A DNA stretch of 63,155 nucleotides, filler included, from Octopus bimaculoides (GCF_001194135.2; 8 parts of 7 records of this genome joined end to end with filler, not necessarily neighbours in it); one strand, 5' to 3'; shown: positions 26,457-41,337, numbered from the whole stretch's first letter. Notes: a model not told the origin generated them from the letters alone. Numbers and translations are program-made.

Positions 26457-26495
<39 letters not shown>

Positions 26496-27043
26496 CATAT
26501 AGATATTCATACACACGCCTATATATACATATTTTTACAAGTGTTTTGATTTCACAAAGAAACTAAAAAGAACTTAATCCATATGTTAAAGTATACTTGT
26601 TTCTACGAAGCTTGTGATTCACTCTGATACGATGCTCAGATTCTTGATCGAAGTTACCCTTCAGATCGCTTCATGATTAATACTCTGAGTAGCAGTTGAG
26701 TGATACCAACTTGTTTCGTACAGACATAGATGCCTGAGTGTAACTCTGGGGGTTGTCTAGCATTTTTTATACGTAGGTGTTGTTTTATAGTAAAACAAGA
26801 GAAAGTATGTAGCAAATTTGTCAAGAGTGACTGGATATTACATTAAAAGAAAATATGTATTTATTACGTAAAGACTATCATAATTCCTTAATATTATAAT
26901 TAATACGCTAATTTAGTTTGAATTTTTTAATCCTTCCTCGAATTAAATAAGCAATTGTGACTGACATATGCACTTGATTGTATAAACTTACAAAATTTCA
27001 TACATACTTATACACACACACACACACACACACACAAGCACAC

Positions 27044-27077
<34 letters not shown>

Positions 27078-27763
27078 NNNNNNNNNNATAGTGAGTGATA
27101 TACAAATCGCTATAATAATGTCTTCTGCACCGTGGGACTGGCTGGTCATTGATTCCCACTACTAAGAGATCCCAGTGTATTCGTTTCTCCACCTCTCGTC
27201 ATCCTTGGTGCCTCTAACACCTATTTCTTCGCATTAACCTTTTTCCCAACACTTCTTCGCCAAAATACCATCTCTCTCGGATCTCCTCCCCGCTCAAGTC
27301 TTTACTGCAGGTGTTGAACTACAACAGCATAAACCGAACGGAATCAACCCTACCAGTCTTGGAAGGTATCCGAGGGTCACGGGTTCTGCCCTTCTTTCCA
27401 GACTCAGCAAGTAATAAACAGTGTGTATTTTGTAAAACGTTGCCCACATCCTTAAGTGTACTTTATGGGGTTTCTTCCTTCTCAAGCAGTCAAATGAGAC
27501 TTCTCATGACATCACCACCCAGTTGTTTTTCTGCATGCACTAATTTACAGACGGCGAGGCTGAACAGAGGCCGAAACAACACCACCAAAATGGCACAGTG
27601 CATCTCTATGTGATAGAAGCAGGCCTTTCAACCTAAGTCATCGGGTGTACATATGATCTTTTTAAAATTTATATCGGTATGCATACATACATACATACAT
27701 ACATACATACAGCAAATGCACACACACAAACTCTGTCTCTATCCGTATGCCTGCCCTTGTCTC

Positions 27764-27800
<37 letters not shown>

Positions 27801-27810
27801 NNNNNNNNNN

Positions 27811-27846
<36 letters not shown>

Positions 27847-29643
27847 AAGACACACGGCCGACACACACGAAGAAACGTACCGACATTATATATCCCCAAT
27901 GAATCTTTTGTCGATCAGAAACTAGAAGTTTGTGGGCCAATGATAATTTTAGATTTATAGTCGTCACGTGTGTTATTTTAGTCCATCAGAAACTCATAGT
28001 TTGAGAGACATTGACTTATTTATATTTGTGGTTGACACGAGTGTTGTTTTAACCAATTAAAAATCTGTATTTTGTGAGAAAATATTTTGGCGAGTCGAAC
28101 AAAATATATATTCATTTTTATTTTCAGATACGTCATTGTGGCGTCTGCAATTTTAGTCAATCAGAAATAAGTTGTCTGTAGAGCCAATAATGGGATCATT
28201 ATTAAATATTATAATCTTAAGGCGACAAGCTGGCAGAATCGTTAGCTTGCCAGGCGAGATGCATAGCGGTATTTTGTCCGTCTTCACGTTCTAAGTTCAA
28301 ATTCCGCCGAGGTCGACTTTGCCTTTCATCCTTTCGGTAGGCATGTTAAGCGTTATTACTTCATTCTCTCTTCTTAATAGTTAATATTTATTGTTGCAAT
28401 GCCTCGACAGAATAACTTGTACAGGTCGAAAAAAATGTACGTTTTCTGTGCTGATGTTCATTATATGCAGTTAAATGATTTTACCTATCATAAACATAAA
28501 ATCCGTTGAATATTTTCTGCAAGCATATTATTCAAATACTGAAATACATTATATATTTTCCGTAAGACATGTTCACTCCATATCACCTAATTAATTCACA
28601 GATATATGCTTTCACAAACATATGTACGTAAACTTTGCTTTGACTGGTGCTCCAAATGAATATCTAAAATTCCTCCATGTCTGAATGCTGTTCTCTATTA
28701 CCCTATATTATAGCTTTGCTTAAAGCGGCGAGCTGGCAAAATTGGTAAGCAAACCGGAGAAAATGCTTAGCAACATTTTTTTCTATCTCTCTACGTTCTG
28801 AGTTCAAATTCTATAGAGGTTCACTTTGTCTTTCATTCTTCTGAGTCGATGAAATAAGTACCAGATGAGCACTGGGGTCGCTGTAATGGACTTTTGGTCC
28901 CTGTGCCTATAGCTTAAATAGCTACATCTTTATGCTACCATCGGGGGAGGTCTAATTTTTTGTTGAAATTTAGGAAGTAAAGCGAAAAATTAAACATAAC
29001 CAACAATTTTTATCATATCTACGAACTCACCTTTTAATCTTTTAAAGAGTCAATACAACGAACACATTCATACTCAACACAACACACACACAGCAATAGC
29101 AACATCAAAAACAATACTATACTGACAACAACATCAAAGGAATACATGTATTTAACGCAGCACACACTCAGTAGACACACACATCACAGAGTACACACGT
29201 ACACAAACACACACACATACACGCACACACACACAACACACAACACACACATGCACAGAAACACCAATATCCTTTGTGTTACGATCATCGTACTTCTTTA
29301 GCTGTGAGTTGCCCATCGATTATAAAAACGTGATGGTATATATAACAGCTAAAGGAGTACGATGATCATCGTATGGTTGACACTGAAACTTAAAGTCCAG
29401 AATATAAGTCTCCATACCATCGTTTAATAAATATAGTCCTCTATTTCCAATGAGTTGACCCCTTTTGTCGTCACTTTTCGTTTGTCTGTCTGTCTATATA
29501 TATTGATATATATACCATCACGTTTTTGTAATCGATGGGCAACTCACACCGGGCTTAAAACAGCTAAAGAAGTAAGATGATCATCGTATAGTTGACACTG
29601 AAGCTTAAAGTACAGATATATATACCATCTGTCTCTTTGTCTG

Positions 29644-29776
<133 letters not shown>

Positions 29777-30552
29777 GTCTGTCTTTATGTGTGTGCGTAG
29801 ATACATATGTTCATCATCATCGCTTTAACGTCAAATTTTCTTTGCATGCATGGGCCGGATGGAGTTTAATGAAAGAAGTATTCTACGGCTGTGAGCACTT
29901 CTTGTCACAAACATTCACCTGTTTCTAAGTAAAATAATATGTTCCCATTGACTTAAGGTGGCGAGCTGGCATAATCGTTTGCACGTCGGGCAAAATTGTC
30001 AGTGGCATTTCGTCCGTCTTCACGTTTCAAGGTCAAATTCCACTGAAGTCATCATTTCATCTTTCCGAGGTCGAAGAAGTTGTAAGTAAAAACTGAGCGC
30101 AGGGGTCGATCTAATCGACTTTCAGCCAGTTAACAACGCACACATTCATACTGAACACAGCACTCGCACGTTAACTACAGCATCTGCAGCAGCAACAACA
30201 GCAATAACACATTGAAGACAACATCAAAAGAATATATATGTTGAACCAGCGCACACTCAGTAGACGCACCCACTACACATAGACACACCTACAACACAGA
30301 AAGCACACGCTCAGACACACCCACACATATGCACACAACAACGCTGGAATGGTACGTTTTTATCAGCCACGAAAGGATGAAAGGGAAGGTTGATCCCTAA
30401 AAGATTCGAACTCAGGGAACAAATACTGCTAAGTATTATATTCAATGTTTTACGACTCCACCAATTGGACACCTGGTGCAGATTAAATATTCAGTATTCT
30501 TAACTCTTTTTTCTGCCTTAGTTTCTTAATCAACCCGTATGTAATCATTTTA

Positions 30553-30930
30553 TGTTGTTGTTGGCACTCCGTCGCTTACGACGTCGAGGGTTCCAGTTGA
30601 TCCGATCGAAAGAACAGCCTGCTCGTGAAATTAACTGAGCACTCCACAGACATGTGTACCCTTACCGTAGTTCTCGGGGATATTCAGCGTGACACAGTGT
30701 GACAAGGCTGACCCTTTGAATTACAGGCACAAGAGAAACAGGAAGAAAAAGTGGGAGAAAGTTGGGTTGAAAGAGTACAGCAGGGTTCGCCACCATCCCT
30801 TGCTGGAGCCTCGTGGAGTTTTTAGGTCCTTTCGCTCAATAAACACTCGCAACACCCGGTCTGGGAATCGAAACCGCGATCCTATGACCGCGAGTTCGCT
30901 GCCCTAACCACTGGGCCATTGCGCCTCCAC
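30553..30930 (-). mobile_element. SINE family B copy
   Basis: Near-identical to 37840-38233; imperfect 11-bp TSD aatcat(t/g)ttat. Confidence 0.9.
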
Positions 30931-31997
30931 AATCATGTTATAGTCAGTTATTTGACTTTAGACAAACAGATGAGTTCACGAACTGTTAATCGGGCCAAGG
31001 CTTGGTAGTGACCCAGGTAAGCTAGATTATGTTGCCCTGACATGTATAATTTTTTATTAATATTAATCACAGTGAATTCGACGCTGTTGGCACGTTCAGC
31101 TGCAAATATTTTATAGATTAGCTTACGCGACGCAAATCCTTAACAGAACAACTGCAACAAGTGAAAAGAAATAGTAAACTGCGGAAATCAAAGCTAGGTT
31201 ATATTCTCTGTTTATTAGGATCTAAGTTCAACAGCACAGCTCAATATTGGACTTAAATCCCGAAGTTATCTGAATAAAAAATTATTATAAGTGGGGTGTT
31301 AAGTTGCAGAACGTAAATCAATGTCGTATATATATATATAGCATTAATTCCATAGCTGATTAAGACTAATTTGTGAACATTAGTTACTAATTATAGAGCT
31401 AGCGTAATTAGTTAACAGGATTAAATGGAAATTTCTTGTTAAATTCAGAATTAAATATAGAATTAATATCTAAACGACTTACGTCACTGTAGTTTGTGCA
31501 CGTGGTTCAAATTGTATGTGATTCGCTTTGTGTGTAATGTCTAAGCATAACTGCTTTTTCCGCTTGATATTAACGCTAGTTTGTGAAATATTTACAGAGA
31601 AAGTACACTAGAAGATCCACTGCTATCTTTACATGTAGGTGTGAACTCTCGAATATCTAAGGTCGAAATAATGGAAGCTAAGAATATATCTTCCCCTAGA
31701 GATTTTAGGTCATGAGATGAAATAGTTATAACCGTAAACTTTGCTAGTGTTCAATAGTCCCTAAAATACTTTTGATAGTATCTGTTTGTTAATCAGTAAC
31801 TGGCTAAGGTGTGTGGGTCTGAAATTCAAGGTAAAGGAACAGTTGCCGATGTTACGGTGCTTCTGTTGCTTATGAAAAAAAAAAGAGACAACCCTCGACA
31901 ATTCGCCAACCCATGCATAAACTGCAACATTGTGATATAGCTGTACTAAATGGAGAAGAGCAAGAACTAACCAATCATGTGAATTTATGACTAAAAC

Positions 31998-32225
31998 GTG
32001 GAGGCGCGTGGCTTAGTGGTTAGGGTGTCAGCATCATGATCGTAAAATTGTGGTTTCGATTCCTGGACCGGGCGACGTGTTGTGTTCTTGAGCAAAACAC
32101 TTCATTTCACGTTGCTCCAGTCCACTCAGCTGGCAAAAATGAGTAACGCAGCGATGGACTAAAGGTGATGCTCCAACATGGCCGCAGTCAAATGACTGAA
32201 ACAAATACAAGAATAAAAGAGTAAA
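31998..32225 (+). mobile_element. SINE family C 5' part fused to a family A 3' tail
   Basis: C sequence up to gcgatggacta (about 32161), then aaggtgatgctccaacatggccgcagtcaaatgactgaaac, the family A tail. Confidence 0.75.
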
Positions 32226-32557
32226 AATTAAACTTATGATCCAGCGTCGGTGACATTGATGCGACTGAAAATTCCCATGTAGTCATATGTATGCAGTAGA
32301 ATTAGAATTCGCATGCAACAGCACTGATTTGCGATAAATGGTTTTCAAATGTCGCTAAAACCAATTCAGATAATTGAGGTGAATGAAATACTACCACAAG
32401 ATCGTTCTCGCTACATTCTTTGACCAGTTCCCAGAATGTGAAGTTCTAAAAAATTAATCCAGAGGAAATATCCATGACTGACTGAACATCACCGGAAATA
32501 ATATCTAATGATAACTGCCTAACTAGTGTTCCCGCCTTCAAAAGCTCCGATTGGCAG

Positions 32558-32563
32558 TGATGG

Positions 32564-32645
<82 letters not shown>

Positions 32646-33000
32646 GTTGGTATGGTCATGATGGAGGTGGTTGTGGTGTTGATGGTGGTGGCGATGGTAT
32701 TAACTATTATGGTGGTTATGACAGCGGCGCTATTGATGGCTGTTGTTGTTGTTGTGGTGGTGGTGGTGGCTCTGATTGTGAAGATGGCTATTGTGGTGCC
32801 GATGGTCGTTGTAGTGCCGTTGGTCGTAGTGGTGCCGATGGTTGTGTTGATTGATGGTGGTTGTGGTGATCTTGGCGTTGATGACTGCAGAGACACTGAT
32901 GGCTACTGTATTAGCAATCATTGTGAGAGAGGTGCAGGGGGTTGAGATGGTGATGGTAGCGATGATAGCTGAGGTGGTGGTGAAGACAGTGGTATTGATA
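32558..33000. repeat. (GAT)n/(GGT)n low-complexity tract
   Basis: Direct inspection. Confidence 0.95.
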
Positions 33001-34340
33001 AAATCGTATGTTACCGCTGGAAGCAGAGGTGATACTGGCGTGTTAATTCTGATCGGTGTGGTTAAAAGTATTAGTGTATATAGGTGTATGGAATATCGTC
33101 TATGATGATAATGGATTATGTTATCAAATGGTTCTTGTTATTAAAATTAGCGAGATTCCAAAATCTCATTCAAATCTAATTGAAAGTTCCTCCTTTTATT
33201 AGAATCATGAATTTTCAAATGTCCAGATATTGATATATCTCCTGTATAATGTTGACAGTCAGTTATTGTTATCGAAAATGTTAAAAATAAGGGTTCGCAT
33301 TCAATGAATGTAATGTGAATAACTGCATAGGCGTGTATATATATATATATATATATNNNNNNNNNNNNNNNNNNNNNNNNNNNNNNNNNNNNNNNNNNNN
33401 NNNNNNNNNNNNNNNNNNNNNNNNNNNNNNNNNNNNNNNNNNNNNNNNNNNNNNNNNNNNNNNNNNNNNNNNNNNNNNNNNNNNNNNNNNNNNNNNNNNN
33501 NNNNNNNNNNNNNNNNNNNNNNNNNNNNNNNNNNNNNNNNNNNNNNNNNNNNNNNNNNNNNNNNNNNNNNNNNNNNNNNNNNNNNNNNNNNNNNNNNNNN
33601 NNNNNNNNNNNNNNNNNNNNNNNNNNNNNNNNNNNNNNNNNNNNNNNNNNNNNNGAGAATTTATAATACATGAAATCTTTGAAACATTGGACTAAGAATT
33701 AAAATCGGTTACGTTTAAGAAAGGAGTGAGAGAAAGACTACGCGCGTTTCATGGCCACATAACAGTGGGAAATATCTGGTCAATCTACAATGAATCGAAC
33801 AAGATAGATACCACCCAATATGAGGACACTCTTCAAGTCCGGTAACTTCAAAAAACGTATCTTAAATTTTAAAATGCATAAAATAAGAAAAGTATAAAAA
33901 TCTGTCCGTTTAAGCATATATATATATATATATATATACGTATGCCTGTATGTATGCATGTACGTATGTATGTAATATCTATGTATGTATGCACACACAC
34001 ATGTACATATATGTACACACATATATGTGTGTGCGTGTGAGATTTCTTTAAACGATGTGAGACAAAATAGATTATTTAGAGATGTTGCGAGAGAAAGAGA
34101 AAGGATGGGAGAAGGAAATGATTAGTTGATAGTATACGTGCGTGTGTGCGTGAGAGAGAGAGAGAGAATGAGAGAGAGAGACGGGGGAGAGTATGTGCGC
34201 GTGTGATAGTGTTACAAATTTTGTCGCTAAGATAATATACGATAAGAACTCACGCAATGAAATAGACTCTCAGAGTAATAGGGGAAAGAGAGAGGGAGAG
34301 AGAGAGAGAGAGAAGAGAAGGGAGGAGAAAGCTGCACACT

Positions 34341-34378
<38 letters not shown>

Positions 34379-34779
34379 CGATATATTATGTATTAATGTA
34401 TGGTGTGTGGTGTGTGGTGTGTGTATCAGTGTGTATGTGTGTGTGTGTATGTGCGTGTGTGCGTGTGTGCGCGCGTGTGAATACTTGCAAGACAATTGAT
34501 TGGACAGTATTTCACCTGTGAAGTACAGATGCAGGGGGAGTCTATACAACTGTAGTGGATTCGAATAAAGAATCTCGTGAATCCTATTTTCTATATCTTA
34601 TCTATTTATATAAACTCCACGGACTCCAGGGAATTCCTGAAGTAAATCCAGTAGAATATACATCGCCAATGATGTTGACATCAGGAAGCCAATGACAGTC
34701 ATCGTGCTTAGCACAGCATCATGCAAGGGCTAAATCCGAATATAATTTTAACTATATCTTTTATCGTTTATCTTTTATC

Positions 34780-35186
34780 TTTCACTTGTTTCTGTTATTA
34801 GACTGGGGTCATGGTGGGTCACCACCTTGAAGGGTTTTAGGCGATCAGATCGACCCCAGGGCTTATCTTTTTAAACTTAATACCTATTCTGTCGGTCTCT
34901 TTGCTGAACTGCTAAGTTACGCGGACCTAAACACGACAACAACGGTTGTCAAGCGGTGGTGGGAACAAGCGCGCACACACACTCACACACACACACATAT
35001 ACACATACACATACACACGCATACGATGAACTTCTTTCAGTTTCCACTTGACAAAACCACTAACAAGGCTTTGTTCGGCCTGAGACTATAGTAGAAGATA
35101 CTTGCCCAAGGTGTCACGCAGTGAGACTGAACCCGGAAACATATAATTAGGAAGCAAACTTCTTACCACACAGCCACGCTGCGCGT
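34780..35186 (-). mobile_element. SINE family A copy, diverged
   Basis: Similarity to other family A copies. Confidence 0.8.
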
Positions 35187-35190
35187 AAAT

Positions 35191-35263
<73 letters not shown>

Positions 35264-35529
35264 AACACACACACACACATATATATATTTAATGTAAGTA
35301 GATTGGGTAAATCCCATCTGTTTCTTCTCAAAGCAAATCAGCTTGTTCCATTATTATAATCCAATGTGTAGTTGCTGTCGTTGTTTACTAATTAAGCATA
35401 AGCCTCTCGTCTGAATGTATAATTTATATTATTTAATTCTCTGTCTGAAAAAATTCTAATAGGAGATTCCTTACATGCCTAACATTATAAGATTCTGTAA
35501 TTCCTATTAGAAAATGAGACTTGCGTAAT

Positions 35530-35812
35530 GGTAAATAAATAACACCAATAAATTTTCCAGCTTCCTGAAATCAACGGAGAAAAATATCCTATCGTCTTCA
35601 AACGAAATGTGCGTAAATTTCTTCAAGGAATACCAGATAAGTCACCTATGCCGGAATACTTCTCAGTCAACAACAACTCCCTACTTGGATGAGTCATGAT
35701 ACCACAAAACCTGACTTAGAAGGGACTTAGCAGATCCTATCAGGTGATGCTATTAAGCTAGACATGGCCTAGGGCAATCTTCGAATGAAACTTATCTAGG
35801 GTATCTAAGTTA
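35530..35812 (+). mobile_element. LINE 3' end (CR1/L2/Jockey-group-like)
   Basis: FKRNVRKFLQGIPDKSPMPEYFSVNNNSLLG*, then a 3' tail also seen at about 5150-5200. Confidence 0.5.
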
Positions 35813-35939
35813 TACATATTAGCAGAAAGACCACCCTCCAGGCGTTTTTCTAATAGCCACTTGATAGTATTTTTACATTTGATTCCCAATTCTAATAATT
35901 TTTATATTTTACGTCTAATTATTTCTTTGTATAATAGTG

Positions 35940-36226
35940 CTCACTTGCTTGGTAAATATTGCCTTCGTTATTTTATCAGCCATAAGCTCTCTTTATTAAA
36001 TAAACATCAAGGTAGTCCAACTACGTTTAATGTGCAAAATATGATAAATAGCAACGATCACATAGAGATATTTTGATACCTATAGCGTATCAAATAGCCA
36101 GAGGAACAAATTCACTTGATAATTCTAAGATAACGACGGAAAGGAAGCTTCAGTAGTTTTAATGATTTGTCCAATATAATTTTTTTCCAGTATGTATAAA
36201 CAATTAGAGAAACAGTGTATGTTTAT

Positions 36227-36270
<44 letters not shown>

Positions 36271-36780
36271 AGAGAGAGAACATTGCAAACAATGAATGAA
36301 ATAGACATGAAATGAAAAAATCGTATAAATAAATGCTCGTTAAAAAACTATCTTGTACCGAATATTTAATTTTCCTGAAAATTTCAATTTATAAAAATCT
36401 CACTTGCTTAGTGAATATTTTTTTAATAATTTATCATAGTTGTAATACATCTATAATTTAAATAATCTTCAAGGTAACCAACTACGTTTAGCGCGCTAGA
36501 AATAGCAGCGATCACATAGTTATTATTGTAACGCTATAAGTTCCAAACAGACATACCAACAAAATGACTTTTTAATTTTTTTTTTAAATTATGCAGGTGT
36601 GTTAAAAAATTTTCATTTTTATCTTAATGAAAATAGAGACGAGGGAGAGAATGAGAAACTGTTGCAAATGCATACGGGAAATTTCACCTGCAACGAATTG
36701 TTTACTAAATATAAAAATCTACTCTGCGGTGAATGCAACGAATATTTAAATTTGTGAAAAACTTGTATTTAATGAACTTA
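35940..36780. repeat. Old diverged tandem duplication (period about 400-460 bp)
   Basis: tcaaggta(g)ccaactacgttta...aaatagca.cgatcacatag occurs at about 36006 and about 36468; the GA-rich block and following ttgcaaa are also repeated. Confidence 0.65.
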
Positions 36781-37174
36781 TCTTATAGAATTCAGAAATC
36801 GAAATTTCATGAAATTTCTTGGAGCATCAACTTATAAAACTATTTCCAGACGGTCAAGCCTTTAATAATTGCTTTCTTTTAGTAACTGTTACATACCTAA
36901 TTACTAAACAGCTTTCTCCATTATTATATATATATATACACGGAGATGTACTTGCATAGCAAACGAACTGATCTGAGATCGTATGCTGGAACGAAAACAA
37001 TTGCAGCGTGGAAGGTGTTTATAAGGCATTTAAAATAACACACAAAAACCGTTAGATTCACTTCAACATTTGAATTTAATTTGCCAAAATATTTTCGTCG
37101 CTTTGAGACCGCGACCTGTTCACTGACAAATACTACCGCTAGATATATTATATTAATGCATATGTGTGTGTGTG

Positions 37175-37217
<43 letters not shown>

Positions 37218-37385
37218 GACACATGATGGAATTTCCCGTCCATGCTCGAGTGCAACGTGAGATGAAGTATTTTGCTCAAAAACACAACGTACCACCCAGT
37301 CTAGGAATTGAAACCACGATCTCGCGATTGCGAGTGCAACAACCTAACCACATTTGACTATATATATGTATGTATGTATGTATGA

Positions 37386-37469
<84 letters not shown>

Positions 37470-37839
37470 AAACTGGATACAGGGAGAATTGACATAAGAA
37501 GTGTGGGCTGAATGCACATCCTAGGCTTGGTAGCAGGAGGAGGAGGTAAAATGATGGAGTAGTTATGAGAAGAGTTATACAAATAAGCAAATTTTCTTGT
37601 TTATCGGTTGGCAGATATCAGTACAGATCAGCAAATAATTTGTTTGCTGGAGTTATAAACAAGATCCACAGGCTCTTGCTAAGTTCATTAGCCCAGAGCA
37701 GCTTTGGTTGAGGACACATAACGATGTTGAAGCACCAGGTGTACCAATATCCCCTTACGATAATGAATCGAGTCTGTTATGAGCACACATTCATCTGAAA
37801 GATGCTACACTCCAGTGACGAAATATTAGCGATTAACAT

Positions 37840-38233
37840 TTTGTTGTTGTTGTTGGCACTCCGTCGCTTACGACGTCGAGGGTTCCAGTTGATCCGATCA
37901 ACGGAACAGCCTGCTCGTGAAATTAACGTGCAAGTGGCTGAGCACTCCACTGACACGTGTACCCTAAACGTAGTTCTCGGGGATATTCAGCGTGACACAG
38001 TGTGACAAGGCTGACCCTTTGAATTACAGCCACAACAAAAACAGGAAGTAAGAGTAAGAGAAAGTTGTGGTGAAAGAGTACAGCAGGATTCGCCACCTTC
38101 CCCTGCCGGAGCCTCGTGGAGCTTTTAGGTGTTTTCGCTCAATAAACACTCACAATGCCCGGACTGGGAATCGAAACGGCGATTCTATAACTGCGAGTCC
38201 GCTGCCCTAACCACTGGACCATTGCGCCTCCAC
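37840..38233 (-). mobile_element. tRNA-derived SINE family B with 12-bp target-site duplication
   Basis: Minus-strand head GTGGAGGCGCAATGGTCCAGTGGTTAGG...GTTTCGATTCCC and (CAA)n tail. TSD agcgattaacat at 37828-39 and 38234-45. Confidence 0.92.
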
Positions 38234-38399
38234 AGCGATTAACATATCCTTGTTCGAATATGCCGGAGTGTATTAAGAATGAATATATGCCACCACCGTT
38301 TTATTTAAACTTATTTTCAGTTAATAATTATCTTTGCTTTGAAAATTAATATTCAGTTCATTTTGTATTAGCACCTGAAGAAAGTTAATACATATAGAT

Positions 38400-38710
38400 G
38401 CGACTTGCCTTTCCTCTCTGTTCGCAAATCCTGCTGCTACTATAACGGCTAGCTGAGGTCATGTTTTCTCAAACTCTTGTATTTCTATCCCGCTCATCTC
38501 TTTCCCTCCTATCATTCTTGTTGTGCCTAACTACTCAGCAGACTCTCACACTAATCAGTACCCGCCACCATTCTTCTTGCTCAGAACTTCGGCCCTCTAG
38601 ATATCTTCCCTTGCTGTTTCGAAAGTAGCATCAGTAACATCAATTTCACCAGTTTAGAAGTCCTGCTATAACCATGGGCTCTATCACTTCCTTCACACTC
38701 AGCAAGTCAA
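38400..38710 (+). mobile_element. Possible highly degraded CR1/L2-group LINE C-terminal fragment
   Basis: Remnants resembling the SFF.RT..LWN.LP..VF motif (ttcttcttgctcagaacttcggccctctagatatcttccc). Confidence 0.35.
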
Positions 38711-38987
38711 AAGTTGTATTAAATCTGTATCATGTATGTGTGAGAATGAGTGTGCGTATATGTAAACACACACACACACAAACAGAGTCCGAGGAGACTA
38801 TGAGATGATGCGCAAGCACCTCATAGCAGAAACAGCTGTAAGCTAATGAAGCTGATTGTGCATTTCCTGTTCCTTTCACATTCAATTATTTCATATTACG
38901 CTCGCTTCTCGCCTAACGCTATATTCTGAAGCAGATGCATACTGTGTTCTACAAGGTTATTAGTATCGCTATGCCCAAGCGAAATTA

Positions 38988-38989
<2 letters not shown>

Positions 38990-39051
<62 letters not shown>

Positions 39052-39274
39052 GCGTGCGTGTGTGTATTATATATGATATATATGTTATATATATGCACGC
39101 GCACACATATATGTATGTAACATATATATATATATATATGTGTGTGTGTATAAGTATATACATTTATGTATATGTATATATACATATACATACATGCATA
39201 TATGCATATATATATATGTATATCTATATACATATATAGTTATATACGTATACATTAATACATACATACATACA

Positions 39275-39350
<76 letters not shown>

Positions 39351-39460
39351 TATATGCATATATATACAAATATAAATACATGTACCGATGTATGTATGTT
39401 GTACATGTATATGTATGTGTATGTGTGTGTATAAATATATATATATATATATATACACAC
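38990..39460. repeat. Compound (TG)n/(TA)n/(TACA)n microsatellite block
   Basis: Direct inspection. Similar blocks at 1-171, 3450-3790, 21060-21610 and 60645-61170. Confidence 0.95.
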
Positions 39461-40805
39461 ACACCCACCCTTCCAATTGTTGTTGTACAGGTCCTTCACT
39501 CTTATTTTGACTTTTCTTCTTCTCTTCCTTCTTCTCCTCTTCCTTCTCCTACTCTTCCTTCTTTGTCTTCTTCTTCTTCTTCTTCTTCTCCAATGTGTGT
39601 GTGTGTGTGTGTGTATGTGTGTGTCCGCGCGCGCGTGTCTTCGTCTGTGTGAGTGCAAGAAATGTGAATAAACTCAGATTTGAAAATATTCAAAATATTA
39701 CAATAAAATTACATGAAATGTTACCCATTCCATCCTCGTTGCACTTTTATCTATCCTCTCCACCTCAACCACAACCTCCCCCCCATTCTCTCTTTTCTTT
39801 TCTTTCTGTCGTCTGATCAAGAAAATATATTTAATTATCTCTAATTATTGTCTGATGCATTTAACTTCGTTTCTCCTTTTAAACTTCAACCACCCAATCT
39901 TATATCATTAATAACGTATTGATTTAATGGCTGTAATTGGGACTGCGTTTTGGTTGAAGTGACATAAGGTTGCCACAGTAAAGTACAGTTGTCGTTTTGC
40001 TTTGGTGGTGGTGGTGATGGTGGTGGTGGTTGTGGTGGTGGTAGTGGTGGTAGTGGTGCTGGTGCTGGTGCTGGTGGTGATGATGGTGTTGATGTAGCTG
40101 TATGAGTAAAGCAGCGCGCGCGGTTGTCTGAGTGTGTGTGCGCTCGCGTGTGCGCGAGCTTCTATATGCAGAATGCGCATCCAGGTATATTTTAAGCATA
40201 TAATGACACAGTGAATTGTAAACTTACGGGTATATAATACATACATACATACCTATATATTACAGATAAAATACATGCATATATACTATCTATATATAAT
40301 ATGTATTTATTATATACGATAAGTATATAGTATATAATATACATGTATGTGTATACACAAACACGCATACACACACATAGGCGCACACACACATAGGCGC
40401 ACACACACACGCGCGTATTAGCGTATGATATTCAAACGCATATGAGATAAATAGGCATATATCACGCATGTATCGGCTTTTACAAATATATATGTAATAT
40501 ATGAGATTTACAAGGATATATTTAATTTTTGACAAATTAATCAGCTTGTACATGGTTGAGTATCCCACAGACATAGGTATCGCCCCACCGACGTAGGTAC
40601 CGTTTACGTAATTCTCAAGCAGAATCAACATGAGAGTTTGTGATAAGACCAATCCTATAAAATTTACAGGTACAACTCATTCTCTGGGTTTCCCAGGCTG
40701 TAGTGACAGATATTTGCTTCATATAGCCCGAGTGGGATTTAACCCAAAGATATCGCTGTAGTCAAGCGAGTTTCTCAACCTTGCTCCGTCCATATATCTC
40801 ATATG

Positions 40806-41337
40806 CAGGGCGGTACAAAAGTCACGTTCCATCCTAATCACGAGAAAAACCTTTATATAAGAGAAATGATCATCTTTTATTTTATTTACATAACATTCAT
40901 TATTACAGAATTACTAATTTACAAAAAAAAAAAAAGAAGTTATAATAATTGTCCACACTGATTTTCTTCACGTTCATTAGATTTCTGGAAACAAAACCAA
41001 AGAGAATTTTGTACATTATTCAAGACTCCAGTGTCAATCTTTGCACATAGAATTTTTATGTTTTCTTTTAATTGTTCAATACTTCTTGGACAAGTTATAA
41101 AGAAAATGAGCTTAAGATATCCCCATAAGAAAAAGTCAAGGGGTATTAGGTCTGGGGACCTCGGGGGTCAAGACACAGGACCTCGTTTGCCAATTCATCG
41201 ATAAATTACTGACATCGTTCTAAAATCAAAATAATCATTTTATGAACATTTATGATATCTACAAACAAAAAGTACCAAATACAAAGATGTTATAGCAATT
41301 TTTTATTTTACTGGTGTGTGACGTTTGCGCCACCCTG
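40806..41337 (-). mobile_element. Internally deleted maT/DD37D-like Tc1/mariner element
   Basis: TIRs CAGGGCGGTACAAAAGTCAC and GTGACGTTTGCGCCACCCTG|TA; minus-strand PPRSPDLIPLDFFLWGYLK. Confidence 0.8.

Noticed and set aside
27110-27620. Complex-looking segment that might be an exon or LINE ORF
   Set aside because: Stops in the plausible frames, no clear splice pair and no motif I can name; left unassigned.
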